A stretch of DNA of 64,000 bases from a bacterium. Its GTDB lineage: Bacteria; UBA8248. The notes under the pieces are model-generated. The model was not told the origin of the DNA, searched no databases, and saw only the letters and a list, made by a program, of their open reading frames with translations. The translations under genes and the position numbers were made by a program. The stretch covers positions 576,001 through 640,000 of the forward strand of contig OZ241875.1 of assembly GCA_965203325.1 (NCBI GenBank), in the 5' to 3' direction. Positions 20,043 to 28,542 of the stretch are shown piece by piece (position 1 is the stretch's first letter; every line of letters begins with the position of its first letter).

Positions 20043-20371
20043 GGCGTCACCTGTCTCATACGCTCCCTGGCCAGCGCCAACGCCCGTCTCGGCGTCCTCT
20101 GCGTCTTTTTCGCAAACACATGCAGAACCACGACCCGCCGGCCGGTCGCCGTCACATAGATCCCCCGGGCGATCCCCCCTTGCGCCCTGACGCGCAATTC
20201 CCAAAGCTTGCCCTCGATATGCCTGACGTGCGGTTCACGAAGAGCCTCGAGGCCGACATTTTCGATCATCTCCAACAACCGCACCAGCCGGGCGCGCAAC
20301 TTGACGGGTAACCCCGCGATTTCGTCATCGACTCCAGATACGGTTTCGACCGTCCACCCTGCATCGTCCAT
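20039..20371 (-). CDS. RelE/HigB-like (Gp49-type) toxin
   Basis: EPHVRHIEGKLWELR...LHVFAKKTQRTP; toxin-first order with ATGA overlap. Confidence 0.9.
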   Translation of the reverse strand: MDDAGWTVETVSGVDDEIAGLPVKLRARLVRLLEMIENVGLEALREPHVRHIEGKLWELRVRAQGGIARGIYVTATGRRVVVLHVFAKKTQRTPRRALALARERMRQVTP

Positions 20372-20763
20372 GTATAGCACATCCGCTATATACTCTCAAG
20401 CCGACGTGAAACCCTGCCTCCAGAGTTCCACACGACAAGAGCATTACTCCACCATCGTCTCGAATCGGCCCTGCCATCAGGGAAACGAGTGGTGCGACGG
20501 AAATCCTGCTGTTACGGGCGAGAGCCGAATTTACATGAATCATGGTTATTCAAAAACCCCGGCCCCGGGTCAGCGTCTGGAAATCCACGCGCTCGAGAAA
20601 AGAGCAAATCCTGCCGAAACGAAGACACAGATCGGGGCAGGCTTCACACCCCTCTCCGCTTTCCTCCAGGCGCTCTCTGCGCAGGGACACCCTCTCTGCG
20701 ACGTGGGCCGATATAGAGGCGGTCAATAGGGTCGCGGAGAGCAGCGCCACATCCGAGCGCATT

Positions 20764-21332
20764 GCGCCCCGAAGAGGCGGAGGCGGGCCGGGAGGGGTGG
20801 CGGCGGAGCGTCCGGGAGAGGGCGTTCTTCGCCGCCATCATCCACTCTTTGCAAGGAGGCGCGCGATGCGGACGACCATGCGAGAATCGAACACCTTCCT
20901 CACCCACCTGTTCGGACGCGGCCTCGAGGACGAGCGCTACGAAGTGAAACGCCACAAGTCCGCCGATGGCGACATCAGGCCCGTGCCCGCAGGAGATACG
21001 GGGAAACGCAAGGGAAAGCGCGTGACCGCCTCGCGCCGGACGGCTTTCCGGGTGGCCGTCGCGCGTTTCGCCCTGCGCCGGCCCTTCGTCGTCGACTCCC
21101 CTGCGGGCAGGGGACGTATGTCGCCGTCCATCGTGGACTTGAACCGCTCGACGGCGTATCGCTCATCCTCCAGCCCTTGGCCGAAGGTGTGGGTGAGGAA
21201 GGTGTTCGATTCTCGCATGGTCATCCGCATCGCGCGCCTCCTTGCTGTGGGTAGTCGGGAAAGCGGAGAACGTCCTCTCCCGGACGCCCGACCGCCGCCC
21301 CCTCCCGGCCCGGCTCTGCCTCTTCGGGACGC
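20764..21332. repeat. Imperfect ~230-bp inverted repeat; each arm has a GC-rich leader, an AAGGAGG RBS and a paralogous ORF start
   Basis: Arms ~20764-20995 and ~21097-21332 encode MRTTMRESNTFLTHLFG... (+) and MRMTMRESNTFLTHTFG... (-). Confidence 0.85.
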
Positions 21333-21695
21333 AGGACGAGATGGAGTAAAACGGCACAGGGAGGTCTTCTAAAGACCGGCGTGTTGCATGGATTGGATGG
21401 TTGGAAAGATTTCCGTGGACGAGCGGGTTCAACCCCGACTCTTGGCGCCTGCCTGCCGGCCAGCGACGGATTCTGCTCGGCACTAAAAATTCGACTTCGA
21501 TATGACTATCGTACAACTCAAAGTGCAAATAAAAGGTTCACGTTCGATCTGACAGTTGGAATCGCAGGTCTGGATGTAATCTTGGCCTTTGGCGCCATGA
21601 AGTATTTTCTCCAGTATGAGACACTCATCTCATTGCCCACTCCGAAGGTATTCATTCTCTTTGTACGGCGTTTCAATTGAAATAAGGGAATAACA

Positions 21696-22958
21696 ATGAG
21701 CGACGCTTTTGTCGGCTTTGATTCGGCCTGGAGCGACAAGAACAACGGAGGTATCGCATGGGCGAGTTTCCGGGGAAGCAGGTTAAAAGATTTCGGCGAG
21801 CCGAAGCCTGCCGACTTCGACGAAGCCGCCCGCATCATCGAGACCCTTCGAGACGAACATGGTTTCGTGCTGGTCGCGATGGATCAGCCGACGCTGGTTC
21901 CCAACGAAACTGGCTCGCGGCCCGTTGAGCGGGTCGCCGCTTCCCTGATATCCGCTCTTAAAAGCGGCGTCCAATACGCTAATCGGAGCAGGGAGGCATT
22001 GTTCGGCGCGTATGCACCCGTATGGTCATTTATTGAGCGATTCGATGCTCGTGAGAATCCCCCGGCAGCACGAGCGGCGACCTCTGGATTGCATATGATC
22101 GAGGTCTATCCCGCGCTTGCTCTCCCTGCCCTGGAACCCTCTATCATGGAGCGCAAGCGCGCGGCGCGTTACAACCCGAAAAAACGGAGCAAGAACTTCT
22201 CGCTAGATGATTGGAAGCTTGTCGCCAGTGCAGTCGGGCGCCACGCGGACACGCTGGGTCTCGTTCCGTTGTCTCAATGGGCCGGTGAGCACGTAGCGCT
22301 CGCAAAGCCTGTAAAACGCGATCAGGATCTCCTGGACGCCGCGATTTGCCTGCTCATCGCGCTTCAATGGCGACGGGCGCCACGCGACCGCCTCGCCGTG
22401 ATTGGAGACGGGCGCACCGGCTACATGGTGACGACGGTTTCGCCCGACACCAAGGAGATACTCGATCGGGCGGCAAAGCAGAAGAACGTGCCGATAGACG
22501 CGCCCTGGCCCTCCGATGCAGAACGGGCACCTTCCGGTACCAGAGCCACAAGGATGCGGCGGCAAGAGAAACCGTCAAGTTCACCGCGCTCTCGCGCACG
22601 CCGACAGAACACACAGAAAATCACTCGTTCTTCGTTCGGGCATATGGAACTCAGACGTTATCTTGTCAAAATAGCGCGAGAAGGGAGGACAGTGACTTAC
22701 GGCGAGGTAGCCAAAGAGTTTGGTGTCAAGTGGTCGCAAGGGGCGCTGTCATCCCTCACCGCCGCATTGAGTAAACTCGGTGAAGAGAACATGGTCGGCA
22801 AGGAGCCACTGCTGATGGCTCTCGTCGTGAACAAAAAGAGTCGCTTGCCCGGTCAGGGTTTTTTCAACGCGATTGGGCCATGCCCAGAATCCGATCGGCG
22901 CGAAAGGCACGAAGATTGTCTTGAAAGGATATGGGCGTTCCGATGGCTGGAGGGATGA
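21696..22958 (+). CDS. DUF429-family (predicted RNase H-like nuclease) protein with C-terminal winged-helix-like domain
   Basis: GFDSAW, VAMDQP, SRPVER, IEVYP, DLLDA motifs; C-terminal TVTYGEVA...ALVVNK..PGQGFF. Confidence 0.75.
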   Translation: MSDAFVGFDSAWSDKNNGGIAWASFRGSRLKDFGEPKPADFDEAARIIETLRDEHGFVLVAMDQPTLVPNETGSRPVERVAASLISALKSGVQYANRSREALFGAYAPVWSFIERFDARENPPAARAATSGLHMIEVYPALALPALEPSIMERKRAARYNPKKRSKNFSLDDWKLVASAVGRHADTLGLVPLSQWAGEHVALAKPVKRDQDLLDAAICLLIALQWRRAPRDRLAVIGDGRTGYMVTTVSPDTKEILDRAAKQKNVPIDAPWPSDAERAPSGTRATRMRRQEKPSSSPRSRARRQNTQKITRSSFGHMELRRYLVKIAREGRTVTYGEVAKEFGVKWSQGALSSLTAALSKLGEENMVGKEPLLMALVVNKKSRLPGQGFFNAIGPCPESDRRERHEDCLERIWAFRWLEG

Positions 22959-22969
22959 CTGGCGCGGCG

Positions 22970-23935
22970 TCAACCGATACGCTCGGGAGGACCTGCAATC
23001 CAGAGCTTCCATGTCTCGATTGGAGGAACACCTGGCGGCAGATGGGCGTTTACGACGCCCAGCACTCGTTCATAGCGATACTTCACCTCCTCGCTTCGGC
23101 CATCGTCGCCCAACCCGATAGCGGCGCGAATGCCGCCAGTGATTCGGGGAATATTGGCGGGGGTCAAACCCAGAGCCACGCGAGCATCAAGCAGCCTTTG
23201 CAGCGAACCCCGCACAGCGCCGAAAGCGCCGTGCCACTCCCAGACGTATTGCAGAAGCTGAAGCGGCGCATAGTAAACATCCGATGCGGATGCGTCTTTT
23301 AGCTCGACAATCACCAGACGGCCTTGCGGATCGACGGCAATCTGATCGATCTCGTTACTCTTTTTCCTTTGCGGCAACATCGCCCAGTGGTCTCTACGGG
23401 AAGGCAGCTTCCGCTTGGATGCAACGATGGCGCCCAGTTGAACATACGCATCGTCGATCTTCTGGCACTCCATGGCTTTCGCCTTTTCCGTTTCGGACTC
23501 GTAGGCGAGCACAGCATCCCGGTCGAAGGGTACCCAGGGCTCCGTGACACGCGACCAGCGTGCCTGTATGCCGCCCTCACGCGCCGTCTGCGCTTCGGCT
23601 ACGGCCACGTTGTCCAGGTAGTTGCTCAGCGTCTCCTCGAAGCCAGGTTCCTGGGTGTTCCATTCCCGGAACAGACCCCCTGCACAGGGTTGTGTCGTGT
23701 ACGTACTTTCTGCCGTAAAGTCGGCCATCCCGTTTTTCAGACATATATCGACAAGCTTGGTAAGGCCACAGTAGACGATTACCTTATCGTCCAAGCGCAG
23801 ATGTACATCGAGATGGCAGCGAGCGACCTTCCGCTTCGAGAGTGCAAGCAGTGGCGCGAGAAATCCTCCCGGAGACAGGAGCGCCTTCATCTCCGGCGAA
23901 GGTGCGCGATCATAGGCGGGTCTTGGCGTCATCAT
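22970..23935 (-). CDS. Hypothetical PD-(D/E)xK-fold nuclease
   Basis: EIDQIAVDPQGRLVIVELK...QLLQY (D...ExK...Q..Y) signature; start codon uncertain. Confidence 0.6.
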   Translation of the reverse strand: MMTPRPAYDRAPSPEMKALLSPGGFLAPLLALSKRKVARCHLDVHLRLDDKVIVYCGLTKLVDICLKNGMADFTAESTYTTQPCAGGLFREWNTQEPGFEETLSNYLDNVAVAEAQTAREGGIQARWSRVTEPWVPFDRDAVLAYESETEKAKAMECQKIDDAYVQLGAIVASKRKLPSRRDHWAMLPQRKKSNEIDQIAVDPQGRLVIVELKDASASDVYYAPLQLLQYVWEWHGAFGAVRGSLQRLLDARVALGLTPANIPRITGGIRAAIGLGDDGRSEEVKYRYERVLGVVNAHLPPGVPPIETWKLWIAGPPERIG

Positions 23936-24003
23936 GAACCTCCCGGCATTGACAGCGGCGGCGCATCCGAGAGCCTGAGCATTATACTCTCCGCCTTCGC
24001 CGC

Positions 24004-24630
24004 TTAGCGCACCTCTATCATGAGGTATCGGAACCGTTGATTCGTTGCTTCCCCGAAACTCCAATAATCTCTCCAGACACAATCATAAGAACCTTTCAGA
24101 CGTATCGGTTCTTCCCTGCCTGTCGTCGTACCCTCGCTGGCCTGGGCAGACCATGCCTTTTCACCCGTAATCTTTCTGCCTTCATTTAGGCGAAAAGCGG
24201 CGTCAATCGTCGGTCTAGAAGGAGGTTTCCAATAGGGTGGAGCATTCGTCAATAAAACCGCATAACCGACCCTGGCTAGCCCAGGACCGTACACGACTTG
24301 CTCCAGCCTTTGGACATCCTTGAGGAAATCGTATCGTCCCAAATCTTGCGCTCCCTGATCACGGAGCGCAAAGAACTCATCCCCGCGTTTCAATTTCAGG
24401 TCTTTAGTGAGGTACTTCAACTCAATCGCAACCCCCACAGTTTGGCGACGCATCCAAATGTCGAGATACATCCTTTCATCTTGGAAAGGCTTATACTCCA
24501 GGCGAATCTCGTCAGTCGGCATCACCTTGTGAAGCTGCCACGCAAGTGCGTGTTGAAAATCCGCTTCCGAATGAAAAACCGGACGTTCTTCTGACAAGGT
24601 TACCATCAGGCTGGGTATATCCAACGTCAT
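24004..24630 (-). CDS. Hypothetical PD-(D/E)xK-fold nuclease
   Basis: FHSEADFQ...LEY...LDIW...IELKY...FLKDVQRLE pattern. Confidence 0.6.
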   Translation of the reverse strand: MTLDIPSLMVTLSEERPVFHSEADFQHALAWQLHKVMPTDEIRLEYKPFQDERMYLDIWMRRQTVGVAIELKYLTKDLKLKRGDEFFALRDQGAQDLGRYDFLKDVQRLEQVVYGPGLARVGYAVLLTNAPPYWKPPSRPTIDAAFRLNEGRKITGEKAWSAQASEGTTTGREEPIRLKGSYDCVWRDYWSFGEATNQRFRYLMIEVR

Positions 24631-25251
24631 CAATTGAACTCCATCAATTCGGATACATGCCTGACTCGAGCTATTCCACTCCATCAGCCGAGAACCATCA
24701 AAAATAAACAGGTTATCTGCAATAGATATACGATGCTTCCATACGTGATCAAAGCCGAAAGCGGTCGGAACTCTTCTCAAGGACCGCCCTAAGCGCAACC
24801 CTCGGAGTACGGACTAGCGGAAAACGACTTCTTCGTGCTCAGTAAACCTCCTTTCTTCCGTTGGAGCTGAACAAGCGATTCTTCTTGCACGAGGACGATT
24901 TTGAAGGGTATGCTCTGCTTCATCACGAGGAACACGCTCGTAAAGCAGGCGGAAACGGAAGGCCCAACTACTGGCACGACCGCAGCCGGTGGGACCGTTT
25001 TACCCTTCGACTCGTCCATCCGACGAACGTTTCCCCACGATACATTCGAACGTATGTCCTCGTTCACGGCGCGGGCCGGCTGGCAGGCTCCGATTCGATG
25101 AGGACCAAATACGACATGGCAACTCTCCGGTCACATCAGGTAGTGCCAAACCGGTCCCTTATCATACACATAGATAAAGGGAGCAGGGAACGGCCATTCG
25201 AAGGTGATCTGACGATAACCAAACACAAACGGAACGAGAGAATACCTATTC

Positions 25252-28200
25252 ATGGCTAACCTAAGCTCTCTGTTTCAGGACACCATACTGAGGGTTTTAG
25301 AGACTGCGCCACGTGGTCTGACTGTGGAACGAATTCGCTCTCAGCTAGCGAAGGCTGGAACTGCCATCGGCAAGGACGAGATAGTGCGGACGCTTGCGCA
25401 AATGAACGAGCGGCAGTTGGTTCAGATAAGCCCAACGCGGCGCTGGCACGTTCGCCAGCGCTCAACGAGGACGGACAAGACTGGACATCCAGTTTCGATT
25501 AGGCCGGACGAGCATCTAGTTGCAATCCCTTGCCAATCAATCGCAGGCGAAGAGGCAATGGCCGAGCCGGAGATGCCTGCAGGGAAAATCGAGCCGAGTT
25601 TAGATCTGCTAAGACAGCTTCTTCCCTACTACCAAGAAGCTTTGAGAGCCAGCGACAGCGGTTCACCCCAAGCATTTGCAAATCAGTACGGAGAAAGTTT
25701 CGTTTTGCTGGAGCCGGATAAGCCATGGTGGCCGACCATTGAACGAGGCCGCACACTGATCGTGCCACTACCACACTTGCCGCAAGGTTTACGATCTCTT
25801 CTGGCAAAACAGCACAGTAGGCATTTGTTGTTAGGCTATCCGCTTCACATGGTGGCACCGCGCAACTCAGAAAGCGATGTCTTTATCCGACCTGTTTCTG
25901 TTTTTCGCTGCCGCTACGAACAGACCGATACCCATCTGCGAATGAGCGTTCCTGTTGTTCGACCAACCATCGTTCGTGACTGGTTGCGAGACCAAGTGAA
26001 GTATAGCGGATGGAACGCATCGCGGCTATTGAGTTGGCTATTGATAGAGGATGAAACGGCGGGTATTCAGACCGAGGATGATACCGAGGCACTAGACTTT
26101 CTTGAAATTCCCACTTTTGCCGCTCGATTGGAATCGGCCGCTGGAAAAGCAGGGCATCAAAGGCTTGTTCCGGGTGCAGTTGCCAGCCGTGTGCCACGCA
26201 TGAGCACAACGGGTTTCTACAACGGGCTCGCCTTGTTTCCAGAAAATATCGGGAACTACGTACGCTCCGCCATCACTGACTATGAGCGACTTTGCCAAGA
26301 AACAGAGGAACGATTGGGAGGCAGCTCAATAGGCGCATTTTTGGGCGCCTCAAGGTCCGTTTCACCTGTGCCTCCCATCCTACATCCGTTTCCCCTCGGT
26401 GAAACTCAATTGCTGGCGACCCGCGCCGCACTATCTCAATCGCTAACGGTTATCACTGGTCCACCGGGGACGGGCAAATCGCAGGTGATAGCCGCCATCA
26501 TGCTCAGTGCTGCTGCCGCAGGACGTTCTGTGCTGTTAGCAGCGCGTCAGCATCGCGCGATAGACGCCGTACAAGAACGATTGGAAGCTTTGACTGAAGA
26601 CAGGGTCTTGCTTGTTCGGGCGAATGAGTCTGAAGGGTTCGGGAAGTTCACATTTCCCGATGGCCTACGGGCACTGCAAACTCGGGCGAGTGACCCAAAT
26701 GCGGCTCAACGCTTTGAGCGCCGCTTTACCGACATTGCAGAGACAGATTCGGCTCGCTGGGAACTACTGGAGAAATGGAGAAGCCTTAAGTCTATGAGCG
26801 AAGAAGAAGCCGCTCTCTTGGTGGAACTGGATAAACTGTCGAGTGACAGAGAAAAGTTGTTGGATCCGGGAGCGCACGCAGCGTCCCCAACAGGCTTGTC
26901 ACGACTATTTTCTCGGATTCTGCATGCGTTAGCTCGTTTCCTACATCTGCCTGCCTCAGGGAACGTGCTTATGGGAAAAGCGTTTCGCCAAGCTCAATTT
27001 GACCATGAAGAAGCCCGACTTCGGCTAGCCCTCCGCAATGTCGAGGAACGTATCCGAGGTTTGCGGAGCAAATTGGAAGAACGGGAGGATACGCCCGTTA
27101 GTCTGGGAGCGAAAGTAGAAAAACTTAGCGCTGAGGCAATCGAGTTTCTGCTCGACCGGTTAGATGCCGTGAGCCAAGAAGATCGTCAGGCGTTAACGAC
27201 AATCGCGGGCGATGCGGGGATCATGGGTCAGCGAGGTGTTGATACGGATGCCCACCGACTAATCTTGAAGTATATGCCCCTTTGGGGGGTAACAACGCTG
27301 GCTGCTGGCAACCGAATCCCACTGGAGGCAGGATTATTTGATTATGTGGTGTTCGACGAAGCTGGTGTGACAGATATAGGCTCTGCCCTTCCACTCCTCT
27401 TCCGGGCGAAGGCTGCGGTGATAGTCGGCGATCCGATGCAGCTTGGTATGATCTGCAATCTCGACCCGCGCGAGGAGCGGTTGATGTTAAGCCGGCACGA
27501 CTTGTTGAGGCCCGGCATTGGGCGTTTCGCCCAAGGCCAAACGGATCTCTTTCAACTCGCAACTTCGGCCATTCAGGGCTCGCCATTCTTGTTGAACGAA
27601 CACTATCGCTGTCATCCAGATATCGCAGCCTACTTTAACGAAGCATTTTACGGTCGCCGACTGACGGCCCTGACTGACACGGACAAATTACGTGTACCCA
27701 ATGGCTTCAAGCCGGGACTACATTGGACGGACGTAAAAGGCGCCGTATCGACAGGCCGCAATATTGGCATGCAAGGCTCGGCTTATTCCAATGCGGAGGC
27801 CGAAGCAGTGGTTGAGAAGCTAGATGAACTGCTGGGGATAAATTTTGAAGGCACGGTCGGCATCGTCACTTTCTTCGCGCCGCAGGCCCGAAGAATCAAC
27901 GAGCTGGTTATCCGCAAGATTGGTTCTGACAGATTGAACCAGTTGAATGTAAAGGTGTTCACCGCTAATAAGTTTCAGGGCGACGAACGCGACGTGATGC
28001 TGATGTCATTGTGTCTAGCCCCGGACATGCCGAGCGGTGCGAGAAATTTCCTGATGCGGGAGAAGCGCCTGCTGAACGTCGCGGTCAGCCGGGCACGTGC
28101 AGTTTGCAACATTTTCGGTAACAAAGAGTACGCGGCCACCTGTGGAATACCGCATATTGAAACTCTAGTCTCACGGGTGAATGCAGCAGCTACTGCGCAT

Positions 28201-28542
28201 ATTGACAAATCTGACGACCGCTTCGACAGCCCATGGGAAAAGCGGCTTTATGAGATGTTGGTCAAACGCGGCATAAACCCGATTCCACAACACCCAGTGG
28301 GAGGTCGCTTCCTCGATCTGGCTGTGGTCGACGAAACACGCCAACCGCCTTTGCGCTTGGATATTGAGGTGGATGGTTTTGTCCATCACACTGATGTCGA
28401 TGGTAACCGCCTCGCGACAGATCTGTGGAGAGATCATCAGTTGCGGGGGCTTGGTTGGAAAATCTTGCGATTCTGGGTCTACGAGTTGCGGGACGATATG
28501 GAGGGGTGTCTTGAGCGAGTCGACCGAATCATCAAAGGGTAA
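25252..28542 (+). CDS. SF1 (UPF1/DNA2-like) helicase with N-terminal HTH-like region and C-terminal Vsr/DUF559-like nuclease
   Basis: GPPGTGKS, FDEAG, GDPMQL, EHYRCHP, FQGDERD, NVAVSRAR; C-terminal FDSPWE...LDLA...IEVDG..HH...GWKILRFW. Confidence 0.9.
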   Translation: MANLSSLFQDTILRVLETAPRGLTVERIRSQLAKAGTAIGKDEIVRTLAQMNERQLVQISPTRRWHVRQRSTRTDKTGHPVSIRPDEHLVAIPCQSIAGEEAMAEPEMPAGKIEPSLDLLRQLLPYYQEALRASDSGSPQAFANQYGESFVLLEPDKPWWPTIERGRTLIVPLPHLPQGLRSLLAKQHSRHLLLGYPLHMVAPRNSESDVFIRPVSVFRCRYEQTDTHLRMSVPVVRPTIVRDWLRDQVKYSGWNASRLLSWLLIEDETAGIQTEDDTEALDFLEIPTFAARLESAAGKAGHQRLVPGAVASRVPRMSTTGFYNGLALFPENIGNYVRSAITDYERLCQETEERLGGSSIGAFLGASRSVSPVPPILHPFPLGETQLLATRAALSQSLTVITGPPGTGKSQVIAAIMLSAAAAGRSVLLAARQHRAIDAVQERLEALTEDRVLLVRANESEGFGKFTFPDGLRALQTRASDPNAAQRFERRFTDIAETDSARWELLEKWRSLKSMSEEEAALLVELDKLSSDREKLLDPGAHAASPTGLSRLFSRILHALARFLHLPASGNVLMGKAFRQAQFDHEEARLRLALRNVEERIRGLRSKLEEREDTPVSLGAKVEKLSAEAIEFLLDRLDAVSQEDRQALTTIAGDAGIMGQRGVDTDAHRLILKYMPLWGVTTLAAGNRIPLEAGLFDYVVFDEAGVTDIGSALPLLFRAKAAVIVGDPMQLGMICNLDPREERLMLSRHDLLRPGIGRFAQGQTDLFQLATSAIQGSPFLLNEHYRCHPDIAAYFNEAFYGRRLTALTDTDKLRVPNGFKPGLHWTDVKGAVSTGRNIGMQGSAYSNAEAEAVVEKLDELLGINFEGTVGIVTFFAPQARRINELVIRKIGSDRLNQLNVKVFTANKFQGDERDVMLMSLCLAPDMPSGARNFLMREKRLLNVAVSRARAVCNIFGNKEYAATCGIPHIETLVSRVNAAATAHIDKSDDRFDSPWEKRLYEMLVKRGINPIPQHPVGGRFLDLAVVDETRQPPLRLDIEVDGFVHHTDVDGNRLATDLWRDHQLRGLGWKILRFWVYELRDDMEGCLERVDRIIKG

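Noticed and set aside
20542..21372. 276-aa ORF spanning the inverted repeat as a single gene
   Set aside because: Its second half is the antisense of the other arm and the credible RBS/start is internal at 20866.
24790..25259. Protein-like stretch (ELNKRFFLHEDDFEGY...WDRFTLRLVHP) upstream of the helicase as a sixth operon gene
   Set aside because: No clear start or RBS and it appears frameshifted; at most an unidentified pseudogene fragment.
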